Below, one piece after another: positions 41,847 through 50,806 of a stretch of 64,000 bases of DNA. The DNA lies in IMG/VR virus record IMGVR_UViG_3300021140_000006. One strand, given 5' to 3'. How positions within the stretch are numbered: position 1 is the first letter of the stretch; every line of letters begins with the position of its first letter. The notes beneath the pieces are model-generated. The model ran no database searches, had not been told where the DNA came from, and was given only the letters and a program-made list of their open reading frames with translations. This DNA comes from an uncultured virus (IMG/VR IMGVR_UViG_3300021140_000006). Its lineage: Duplodnaviria; Heunggongvirae; Uroviricota; Caudoviricetes. The position numbers were made by a program, and so were the translations under genes.

Positions 41847-43113
41847 ATGAGATCAATAAACTTAAACGAACTAAGCAAATTCCTTCCAGCTAATATGAAA
41901 TCTTTTGAAGTGGAATATGAAAAATTCGATTACTTCTTCAAAAAAGACATTGTCCACGGATTTGACTACATTGTAGCGTTTAATGAAGAAGATGCAAAAG
42001 CAAGAGCAATTTTCAAACACGGTGATGGTTTGGATATTTTATCAATTTCGGAGGATGTGTAATATGAAAAATACTATAAGTGACTTAGAATTAATAACTG
42101 AAGTCTATAATTACTTCGAAGACGATGAGTTACCTTTCAGTTACACTATAGCGGGAATGTTAGATAGCAAAATCGATGTAAGCAGTGATTGGTCATCCCT
42201 TAGAGATGCTTACATCAATGGAGAATTCACCCCAGCCAATGTTATATTTATGATTAGTTATATGGAGCATTCAAATGTTAGCAACATTGAAAGAGATAAA
42301 AGAAATTTAGAAATCAAAGAACTTGAGGAACGATTAGCTGTATTGAAAAGTGAACAATAATATTTTACTAACCGAGGAATACAAATGCCATACAATTTTA
42401 TCAAACATACTGCTGATGTTCAACCTATCTCAGATGATGCTGTAGTAGTTTACCGTACTATTTGTAATGATGGTACTATCAGTCACGTTCATATGCCTAT
42501 CCGTGCTAGTGAACTCAATTGGACTAATGAACCTGATTTAGGCAAAATCTACGAATATGCTATTACTTCGGTCAAAAAAGCTGTTGTTGCTGATCCGGAT
42601 AAGTACGCTGAACAACTACCATTATCAGGATTCTGTGGATGAGCGATACTGAAATGCAAACTATATACGATGAAATGATTGCTATGTTTGGAGTCCTGCC
42701 TGATCATAAGCAGGAACCAATACAATTTGCTCATTATGTTAAATTGTATCAATATTATAAATCTAGGGAGGTTTGATGGCTGGACAGTGGGAAGGTGGTA
42801 AGGGCGACAAAGACCGAGTCGATATGAAGAAATACAGGGACAATTGGGATGCAATTGATTGGAGTAAGGCTAAGGAGCCTACTAAGGAATCCAAACCTAC
42901 TGAACCTGAATTCAATCAAGAGGATTAAGTGTGTACCAGTTTACTCCAATCAAAGCTGATGACAATAAACAGTATGCTATGCTAGACGGATTTGGACAAC
43001 TTCCTAATCACGTTGGTCCTTTCAGGAAAAATGGCAGAGTAATGTATTACAGTATAGAACGGGGTGAGTTTTATGATCCAACTAAAGACCAATATTCAAT
43101 GAAGGAATTTTAA
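41847..43113 (+). CDS. Cluster of small hypothetical ORFs
   Basis: Coupled ORFs with RBSs. Confidence 0.5.
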
Positions 43114-43358
43114 TGCCAACCTACGATTTCAAGAATAAGGAAACAGGTGAAGTCACAGAACGGATTATGAAGATGTCCGAACTTGATTCATTTAAGAAAG
43201 CAAACCCACATTTAGAAATTCAACTATCTACTCCTGCATTATGTAATTCAGTAAGAATGTCAGGAGGCTTGACTAAAGGAGGAGCCTTTAAGGAAGTACT
43301 TTCTCGGATACACCAAAGAACCTCAGGTAGTATATTAAATAAGACTACCGACATCTAA
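43113..43358 (+). CDS. FmdB-like small protein
   Basis: MPTYDF.N.ETGE...NPHL...FKEVLSRI. Confidence 0.65.
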   Translation: MPTYDFKNKETGEVTERIMKMSELDSFKKANPHLEIQLSTPALCNSVRMSGGLTKGGAFKEVLSRIHQRTSGSILNKTTDI

Positions 43359-43378
43359 TCAAACCAAAAAGGAATTTT

Positions 43379-44137
43379 ATGGCCAGAAAACCCAGAATTA
43401 TTGAAAAGCATTTTGACGATCTTAAACAGGAACCTATCAAACAGACTCCTACTGCTTCTAATAGAATCAAGATGCGGATTGAAGATCTAAAAACATTCTC
43501 ACCTCTGACTGATAACCAAAGAGCATTCTTTGATGCTTATAAGTTAGGTGATTATTTTATGATGTTGTCTGGTTCGGCAGGTACAGGTAAAAGTTTCATC
43601 TCCATCTATAAAGCATTAGAAGAAGTCATGGATCGTGGCACTCCATACTATAGGTTAATCATTATCCGTTCAGCTGTACAAACTAGAGATGTTGGATTCT
43701 TGAAAGGTACCTTAGAAGAAAAGAATTCAATCTATGAAGAGCCATATGTTCAGATATGTGCCGACTTGTTTGGTAAGAAAGATGCTTATCAGAGACTGAC
43801 GGAACAGGGATTTGTTGAGTTCACTACAACCACTGCGTTACGTGGGATGACTTTCGATAATGCTATTGTGATTGCTGATGAATGTCAGAACTTTAGTTTC
43901 CAAGAGCTGGATACAGTAACTACTCGTATAGGTCATCAATCTAAACTTATCTTTGTTGGTGATACTGCACAGAATGATCTGTTGAAGAAGTCCTCTGATG
44001 TTACAGGTTTACCTGAGTTCATAAAGATTGCAAGTTCAATGGAAGAATTCACTAGAATCAACTTTACTAGTGACGATATTGTGAGGTCAAGTTTAGTCAA
44101 GAATTATATCATAGCAAAAGAAAAATTGGCAGTGTAG
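43379..44137 (+). CDS. phoH: PhoH-family ATPase
   Basis: GSAGTGKS, GFLKG, RGMTF, DECQN, TRIG, GDTAQND, DIVRS. Confidence 0.95.
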   Translation: MARKPRIIEKHFDDLKQEPIKQTPTASNRIKMRIEDLKTFSPLTDNQRAFFDAYKLGDYFMMLSGSAGTGKSFISIYKALEEVMDRGTPYYRLIIIRSAVQTRDVGFLKGTLEEKNSIYEEPYVQICADLFGKKDAYQRLTEQGFVEFTTTTALRGMTFDNAIVIADECQNFSFQELDTVTTRIGHQSKLIFVGDTAQNDLLKKSSDVTGLPEFIKIASSMEEFTRINFTSDDIVRSSLVKNYIIAKEKLAV

Positions 44138-44140
44138 TCT

Positions 44141-44171
44141 GAAGGCCCATTAGCACTGTTGATGGGCCTTC
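44141..44171 (+). terminator. Hairpin/terminator after phoH
   Basis: GAAGGCCCATTA/TGATGGGCCTTC; weak U-tract. Confidence 0.65.
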
Positions 44172-44202
44172 TCCATATTATTAAATTTATTTTGCTTCCC
44201 CT

Positions 44203-44280
44203 GTTGACCTTTGGCTATTATGATGGATAATAGCCGTAAGTTAACCAATTCGGTTAACAAATTTGAAGAGGATTTATATC
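44203..44280 (+). promoter_or_regulatory. Repeated early promoter cassette with stem-loop
   Basis: Consensus match. Confidence 0.85.
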
Positions 44281-44885
44281 ATGGATACACAAACCAACTA
44301 CTTTTTCATTCCTTCTGCTTCTTTCGCAGCAATCGCAACTTCTGAGGAATTGGCGCTTGCTCGCGTCTATCCTGTGGTCAACGAAGTAGACATCAACAAA
44401 GTGTATCGTAAAAAAGCCGATGCTAAACGCTTCACTGATGCAGGCTTCAAACTCGAATACGTTACCAAAACTCAATTTGTAATCGATGACCAATCTATTG
44501 GTACTATCGGTTCGTCTACTATTGGTCCTATGGTTTTCATCTATAAAATAGATGACAAGTATGATGATTCAATGGGAGCTTTTCAGGTTGCTTATGGTCG
44601 TGATGCTGAAGGTAACGAGATGTCAGAATCCAATATGTACTCAACCAATTCAGTATTTGTATTAGGAGAAGTGAAATGAGCAAGTTCTTTGTAGTAGAAG
44701 CATTACGCTGGGGTGATAGAGAATCACATAGTTATGTAATTGGTATCTTTTCATCATTTGGTGAAGCTACTAAAGCAGGTAAGGCAGAGGTATCGTGGAG
44801 AGGTGGTAAATACGAATACCACATTACTGAACATGAACTTGATTTTATCCGTCAAGAAAAACTGAACAATTTCACTGGAGAATAA
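44281..44885 (+). CDS. Two early hypothetical proteins (44281-44679 and 44676-44885)
   Basis: The second resembles 24502-24753. Confidence 0.6.
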
Positions 44886-44930
44886 TATGAGTTTATTGAC
44901 TGAAGAACAACTTCAAAAAATACAAGGGGA

Positions 44931-45560
44931 ATGCAAATGAAAAAACCTAGTTTACCAGAAGAATCGTGCGCTGCTGAGGGTAGCGATGTTATCTTTGATG
45001 GAGTAATTACACATTATATCAATTGCCAAGTTGGTGAATGGTATGTAAGTAGAGGTCAATTTAAAAATTTAGTTTTTGGTGGTGCGGGTAACGATATAAT
45101 TCACAGCGGCGGGCACGATGATACATTGATTGGTGGTGCTGGGATCGATTTTATTAGAGCCGGTGAAGGAAACGATGAAATTGTTGGCGGCTCAGACGGC
45201 GATATCCTGCTAGGAGATGCTGGAGCGGATACATTCAAATGGTTCACAGGCGACATATCTAAGGATACTCGAGAAGTAGATGTTGTGTATGATTTTACTG
45301 TAGGGCAAGATAAAATCGATTTATCTAAATTGGATGCAAATTTAAACAAAGCTGGAATGCAAAGTTGGAAGTTTACTGGAAACTTCCAACACTATCACAC
45401 ACCTAAAGTAGGTGAAGTTTATTACTGTAAAGATCAATACGCATTGATCGGCAACATCGACGGAGACAAAAATCCTGAACTTATAATACAGCTAATTGGA
45501 GTTCTCAATCCATGTAACCCGCCTAAAATTACTATTACTAGCGCAGATCTTATTCTTTAA
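44931..45560 (+). CDS. RTX calcium-binding repeat protein with serralysin-like C-terminal domain
   Basis: GGAGND, GGAGID, AGEGND, GGSDGD, GDAGADTF nonapeptides; DF..GQDKIDLS.LDAN. Confidence 0.85.
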   Translation: MQMKKPSLPEESCAAEGSDVIFDGVITHYINCQVGEWYVSRGQFKNLVFGGAGNDIIHSGGHDDTLIGGAGIDFIRAGEGNDEIVGGSDGDILLGDAGADTFKWFTGDISKDTREVDVVYDFTVGQDKIDLSKLDANLNKAGMQSWKFTGNFQHYHTPKVGEVYYCKDQYALIGNIDGDKNPELIIQLIGVLNPCNPPKITITSADLIL

Positions 45561-46102
45561 ATTGTCACAGTACTCGTAAAATTAAATGCCGAAAAGGGAT
45601 TGGTTCCGTATTGTGATGCAGCAGGACCAGAGATACCTGTATCTGTCACCGATTTAAATAAAAATGTTCTAACTCCTAATGTAGGAGTTGGTGCATCATT
45701 TTTATAAGCTAATGTTGATATTAAGGTATTTGGTGAACTAAATCCGCTGGTGTTTGTCAGTGTGATTATTCTGGTTGTTCCTATCGAAGAAATTGCGTAT
45801 GTTCCACCGGATGGTAGTGGTTTTGCAGCACTTAATACAAGTGGGACTTCTAACCCGCTAATAATTACCTTTTCATTATTACTATCAGTAACTCCTGTTA
45901 CTTGCAGCACAATCTGTTTTATCTTGTAGTTGGTACCAGAATGAGAAGTAGCTCCGAGTATGCTAACATTAGTAAATGGTATTACTGATGAATTTGCACT
46001 ATAGATAAGGTTATTAGTTGTCATAGATGCAACTGGTACTTTATTGTTAGTCGGCGGGGCAGCTGATGGTTTTTGGTACGATGCGATTAAAATAGCACTC
46101 AT
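45557..46102 (-). CDS. Beta-rich adhesin-like domain protein
   Basis: Ser/Thr-rich; QIVLQVTGVTD..NEK..I.G and LAY.N...PT.G.R motifs. Confidence 0.5.
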   Translation of the reverse strand: MSAILIASYQKPSAAPPTNNKVPVASMTTNNLIYSANSSVIPFTNVSILGATSHSGTNYKIKQIVLQVTGVTDSNNEKVIISGLEVPLVLSAAKPLPSGGTYAISSIGTTRIITLTNTSGFSSPNTLISTLAYKNDAPTPTLGVRTFLFKSVTDTGISGPAASQYGTNPFSAFNFTSTVTI

Positions 46103-46120
46103 GTTTAAGGCTCCAATCGG

Positions 46121-46606
46121 TTAAGTTAAATTTGTTCCAGATATGATCCATTCAGTAGCCGACAGTTTAATTGCAGTACACATTCCGTTGGCAGTCAGCG
46201 TTCTATTTCCAGTTATACCAGAACCTGCCAACCGCATAGTGTCCCCACAAACAATGGTAAGGGTTCCTGCAGAATTTTGATTGATAATTGTTATGGTAGT
46301 CCCTAGTTCATAATTCACAGACGATGACGCAGGTATAGTTATTGTCCTAGCAGTAGTATCTGTTGTTGGGTGCAATATGTGTTTACCAGAGTCGGATAAT
46401 ACACAAACATAATTATTTGATATTGCTACCTGCGGAATATTAATATACCCTGTCGGTATTTCTATTCCTCCAGCTGATGCGCCATCACTGAGTTTTAAAA
46501 TTGGCAGTGATGGGTCGTAAAATACATCGCCATAATTACCTACGAACGTCGACACATTAGAATTGCCTAATTTTTCAACATATAATCTGTACACAACATT
46601 TGACAC
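46121..46606 (-). CDS. Tail-fibre-like accessory protein
   Basis: LKLSDG...GG, then TITIPA.SSV.Y..GT.I...EWIISG. Confidence 0.6.
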   Translation of the reverse strand: MSNVVYRLYVEKLGNSNVSTFVGNYGDVFYDPSLPILKLSDGASAGGIEIPTGYINIPQVAISNNYVCVLSDSGKHILHPTTDTTARTITIPASSSVNYELGTTITIINQNSAGTLTIVCGDTMRLAGSGITGNRTLTANGMCTAIKLSATEWIISGTNLT

Positions 46607-47253
46607 TAAAATTCTCCTTTATAACGTTTACTTTTAAACCACAATACTATATAATAAATTATTATTTATTAATTATTTAGGAGTTCCAAATGAAAAGTGA
46701 GTACAATTTGAGTTTGATAGGAGTTGCAATTTTGATTGTAATCATTATCTTCGGCGCATTTTATAATGCCAATAAAATTAATACACTAATTAACGAGTGT
46801 GAGAAAAATTTACCAAGAACCCAGCATTGCCACCTTATAGGAGTTCCTGATGACAATTGAAAGATTAGCAATCACTTCTAATCCTGTTAATAAGACTGAT
46901 GCTATTAAAGCATTAGAGCAATTGGGTTCTGTATGGAGATTACCTACTAAGGATGAGCTATTCCTGATTACTCATTCAATAGGATCGTATTGGGTATCTG
47001 ATACTTATAACCCTGATGATGCTTATTCTATATCTATTATGTGGGGCGGTCCTATTCAGTACTGGTCGGCTATGGGCCAAGTTATTCTGATCAGGAATAT
47101 ATAAATATACTACCAATAATAGAAAGGAGCAGCCTATAAGGTTACGATACACAACTCCCACAAATTATCAACTGGCAAAACAAGTCGACCGATACTAGGG
47201 AAATACTATATCCGTTTTGGGTATAGTATCACTGAAAACAGGAGAACTTCAAT

Positions 47254-47721
47254 ATGCGACTATTAATATTGATGTTATTATTATCAGCTTCCACTGAGTT
47301 AACAGGAAATGAAGTAGTGGAACCGATAAAACAAACACATTCTGTGCTCTTGAAGCACATTCCAATCAAACCAAAGTATTTTAACGTACGTGATATTCAA
47401 TGTACGGCTGAGACCATTTATTCCGAAGCTAGAGGAGAACCCTTAGTAGGAAAGCATGCTGTCGGCTATACCATAGTCAACAGGTCAACTAAAATACTCC
47501 ACAAAAGACCCTGCTCAGTAGTCAAACAACAATACACACAAAAACGTCTTCCTAATAAGGACCGTATGGTATTCCTGACTCTAGCAGAAAATGTATTGGA
47601 TGGCAAGGTACCTAACCCAATAGGCAACCTAGACTCATTTGATTCATTCCCAAACAAACCTCATAAACGTGGATCCATTCATATTGGAAATCACTTTTTC
47701 TATAAAGCAATCAAAACCTAA
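47254..47721 (+). CDS. SleB/Hydrolase_2-family cell wall hydrolase
   Basis: C.AETIYSEARGEP..GK.AV...IVNR; IGNHFFY; signal-like N-terminus; TATAAATA at 47100-47107. Confidence 0.88.
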   Translation: MRLLILMLLLSASTELTGNEVVEPIKQTHSVLLKHIPIKPKYFNVRDIQCTAETIYSEARGEPLVGKHAVGYTIVNRSTKILHKRPCSVVKQQYTQKRLPNKDRMVFLTLAENVLDGKVPNPIGNLDSFDSFPNKPHKRGSIHIGNHFFYKAIKT

Positions 47722-47738
47722 TCCAATCAGTCTACGAT

Positions 47739-47764
47739 AAGTCTTCTTCGGAAGACTTTTTTTT
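47739..47764 (+). terminator. Rho-independent terminator with UUCG tetraloop
   Basis: AAGTCTTC-TTCG-GAAGACTT plus poly-T. Confidence 0.9.
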
Positions 47765-47778
47765 CATTAGAATTCCAA

Positions 47779-47976
47779 AATAACGCTATTTCGGGATTTT
47801 ACCCGCTTTATAATCAATCAGTTAGAAGCCATTTTTCTGACTTTTTCAGGAATATGTACATTCATGCCATTAAATTTAACGAAACTGGCGTTTAATTATA
47901 TTCCTGTTGATTAACAATGGGATACTAGGAGTGTTGTCTTTTGTTGACTTCTATAGTATTATAGTCCTAATGGCTT
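47779..47976 (+). repeat. Non-coding element B, diverged inverted copy of 7223-7439
   Basis: Collinear blocks shared with element A. Confidence 0.8.
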
Positions 47977-48036
47977 CTATTGGTATTAGTTAGCTGTTAA
48001 ATAGAGTTTACATTATAACTTCAAAAGGAATTCAAT

Positions 48037-48609
48037 ATGGCTTCAAACAAGATGTTCAGTAAGATTAACGAATCACTTTCAGGTAACCGCGACCAACAAT
48101 CGTTTTTCCTTCTCATGGACGATATAGAGAATGATTCTATTAGACCATGTATAGAATGGATTATTGATTCGAATTTCTCAGAAGAGCCTGCTGAGATGCT
48201 TAACTTGATGATATGTTCTTCAGGAGGAGATCTCAATGCAGGATTTGCTTTAATAGATGTTATTAGAGGTTCTCATATTCCTGTAAGAACTATTGGGATT
48301 GGTCAGATTGCTTCTGCTGGACTAATGATATTCATGGCAGGATACCACGGTCATAGAATTCTTACTCCTAATACTGCTATCCTTTCTCATCAATACTCAT
48401 ATGGATCAGTTGGAAAACATCATGAGCTAATAGCTGCAAATAGAGCATTTGATTTGACTAGAGATATGTTAATGAATCATTACGTCAAATTCTCTAATCT
48501 TGCTGAAGATCAAATTAACAAAATTCTATTACCACCCCACGATGTTTGGTTAAGTCCACAAGAGGCTCTTGAATATGGACTTTGTGACGAGATTAAGGAT
48601 TTAAATTAA
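48037..48609 (+). CDS. clpP: ClpP-like protease
   Basis: ICSSGGD, GQIASAG (Ser), ILSHQ (His), DVWLSPQEALEYGLCD. Confidence 0.9.
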   Translation: MASNKMFSKINESLSGNRDQQSFFLLMDDIENDSIRPCIEWIIDSNFSEEPAEMLNLMICSSGGDLNAGFALIDVIRGSHIPVRTIGIGQIASAGLMIFMAGYHGHRILTPNTAILSHQYSYGSVGKHHELIAANRAFDLTRDMLMNHYVKFSNLAEDQINKILLPPHDVWLSPQEALEYGLCDEIKDLN

Positions 48610-48677
48610 ATGTTGTCAAAATGGAGTTCTATAGTATAATAAGTTTTTAAATTGACCCCACCAAAGGAATCTAAATT

Positions 48678-48938
48678 ATGCATACCGTTAATGAAATTGC
48701 TACCCTTTACGCTTTGAAAGATAAAGAGCAGCTACGTGAAATATTCTATGAACTCCAACTCCATATTGATAATCTAAACAAGTGGTTCGATGGGTATATC
48801 AAATCATTCTCTGACTCAGTATGGTCTAATGCTCCACTCAATTCTGATATTAGAAAACCTTATAATGAGAAATTTGATCAATATGAAGACTTCCTAAAGT
48901 TGTTTCGTGTGGCGAGATATTACTTGGAGAAATTATGA
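48678..48938 (+). CDS. Hypothetical protein
   Basis: ORF with AAGGA RBS, coupled to gp33. Confidence 0.55.
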   Translation: MHTVNEIATLYALKDKEQLREIFYELQLHIDNLNKWFDGYIKSFSDSVWSNAPLNSDIRKPYNEKFDQYEDFLKLFRVARYYLEKL

Positions 48939-49156
48939 ATAGAATTACTTCCGCTAATGAATTCAGTCTGTTTATCGAAACCCTAGCCAGTGAAAAGAAT
49001 CTTTCTAAGATGGAAGCAATTCTTGAGTACTGTGCTGAGAATTTCATCGATCCTGTTGAAGTAGTTCCCCATATCAGTAAATCTTTGAAAGATAAGATTG
49101 AGTATGAATTGCAACAGGAAGGCAGATTACCAAAATCGACTACAATGACTTTATAA
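48935..49156 (+). CDS. 33: Late transcription co-activator gp33
   Basis: FSLFIE...MEAILEYC.EN.ID...ISKSLKDKIE; synteny 33-59-32. Confidence 0.88.
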   Translation: MNRITSANEFSLFIETLASEKNLSKMEAILEYCAENFIDPVEVVPHISKSLKDKIEYELQQEGRLPKSTTMTL

Positions 49157-49746
49157 TGAACGGTTTTCAGTTATTCAAGTTTGACCGAGCTACTAAACTT
49201 CATTTTACCACAGAGAAGTATAATGTGTTTGAGTATAAGGGTTCAGTAGCTGGTACCTCATTTGAGAAGTTTCTTGCTAAACGGGATTATAATGTATACA
49301 ATGCTGTTGCAAGAAAGTTTGATAATGAACGTGACGCAATCCAGTTCTTGGTAGCAAATTATGCTTATAGGAATGACAATCCAATTCATAATATTGCTAC
49401 CAGTGAACGTAATATTACTATATGGAATAAACGAAAACAGAGTATCACTAACATCTTCAAAGAAGACTTAGATCAACTAGGATTGTACCTTGAGAAGAGA
49501 CAATTATCCAAAGATAGTCTCTTTCTCAGTAAGAACGGTGATGTTCCTGAATTGTTCAAATTGTATATGGGAGGAAAGGTTACTATTGAAACTATGCACA
49601 TCCTAAATGAAATGAATAATTACTTGGATGAATGGAAACCTCAACATTCTGTTATTTGGAGTAAGGAATTCTTGATTATTGAGAAGTTGAAGAAATTTGT
49701 AAAATTTGATATCGATAAACTAACAATGATATATGATGAACTATAG
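49156..49746 (+). CDS. 59: Helicase loader gp59
   Basis: KLHFT.EKYN.F.Y.G, F..KRD, FLVAN; synteny. Confidence 0.88.
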   Translation: MNGFQLFKFDRATKLHFTTEKYNVFEYKGSVAGTSFEKFLAKRDYNVYNAVARKFDNERDAIQFLVANYAYRNDNPIHNIATSERNITIWNKRKQSITNIFKEDLDQLGLYLEKRQLSKDSLFLSKNGDVPELFKLYMGGKVTIETMHILNEMNNYLDEWKPQHSVIWSKEFLIIEKLKKFVKFDIDKLTMIYDEL

Positions 49747-49842
49747 GAGGCATAATGTTGACTAAATACCAATACTAGGAGATACTATCCTAGTGACACA
49801 AAAACATACTTCGTACATAATACATACTTCGGGAATATAAAA

Positions 49843-50760
49843 ATGGATATCGCATCTTTAAGAAAAACACGTAACAACAACTTCGCTAGCATCACTTCAG
49901 AATTTGAGAAAATTGTCAATCCTCAGTCTACTAATGGTTCATTCGGTGACGATCGTTATTGGAAATTAGAAAAAGACAAAGCAGGAAATGCTTCAGCAGT
50001 CATTCGTTTCTTACCAGTCGTAGGAGATGATGAATTGCCATGGGTTCGTATCTTCACACATGGATTCCAAGGTCCTACTGGTAAATGGTATATTGAAAAC
50101 TCTCTTACTACTCTGAATGAGAATGATCCAGTAGGTGAATTGAATTCTAAATTATGGAATTCTGGTAATGAGTCAGACAAGAAAATTGCTACAAAGCAAA
50201 AACGTAAGTTGAATTATACTTCTAATATTCTGGTTATTAGTGATCCTAAACATCCTGAGAATGAAGGTAAAGTATTCTTGTTCAAATACGGTAAGCGTAT
50301 CTTTGATATGATTATGGATAAAGCTCGTCCAACATTTGAAGATGAAGCTCCAGTCAATGTGTTTGATTACTGGGATGGTGCAAACTTCAAAATTAAGATG
50401 CGTCAAGTTGATGGATGGCCTTCATATGACAAATCGGAATTTGAATCTCCTTCTGAATTGTTCAAAGGTGACGAAGAAGCTATTCTGAAGATTGCTAATA
50501 AGCAACATAAGTTAGCTGAGTTGTTAGATAGAAAGAATTTCAAATCTTATGATGAATTATCGAGAAAGTTGAATTCTGTGTTGAATGGGGAAGGTGGTTC
50601 AGTAAGTGCTTCTCAGATTGCTGAGAAATCGATTGAAGCTCCTACTCCTGCTAGAGCAGCTCCTGCTCCAAGTTTCAAATCAACTCCTGCTAAATCTGCT
50701 CCAGTAGACGATGACGAAGATATCATGAACTACTTTGCTCAGATTGCAGAAATGGATTAA
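49843..50760 (+). CDS. 32: Single-stranded DNA-binding protein gp32
   Basis: DDRYWK..DKAGN.SAVIRFLP, HGFQGPTGKWYIENS, acidic tail. Confidence 0.96.
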   Translation: MDIASLRKTRNNNFASITSEFEKIVNPQSTNGSFGDDRYWKLEKDKAGNASAVIRFLPVVGDDELPWVRIFTHGFQGPTGKWYIENSLTTLNENDPVGELNSKLWNSGNESDKKIATKQKRKLNYTSNILVISDPKHPENEGKVFLFKYGKRIFDMIMDKARPTFEDEAPVNVFDYWDGANFKIKMRQVDGWPSYDKSEFESPSELFKGDEEAILKIANKQHKLAELLDRKNFKSYDELSRKLNSVLNGEGGSVSASQIAEKSIEAPTPARAAPAPSFKSTPAKSAPVDDDEDIMNYFAQIAEMD

Positions 50761-50776
50761 CAAGTTGTGATATAAG

Positions 50777-50804
50777 AAAGGGGCCATTAAGGCCCCTTTT
50801 TATT
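50777..50804. terminator. Bidirectional terminator between convergent genes
   Basis: AAAGGGGCC/GGCCCCTTT. Confidence 0.85.
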
Positions 50805-50806
50805 GT

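Noticed and set aside
15015..44280. Shared N-terminal peptide MKRNYKM/MKRIYIM on many ORFs
   Set aside because: It is the translation of the repeated RBS cassette from a TTG; the true starts are the ATGs 18 nt downstream
14968..44280. Repeated cassette as a CRISPR array
   Set aside because: Copies are dispersed, separated by whole genes and contain promoter and RBS motifs; no cas genes seen
47160..47240. c-di-GMP-I riboswitch suggested by GGCAAA
   Set aside because: The remaining consensus stems and motifs are not evident
47722..48036. tRNA genes in intergenic gaps
   Set aside because: No cloverleaf or T-loop consensus found by eye; tRNAscan-SE would settle it
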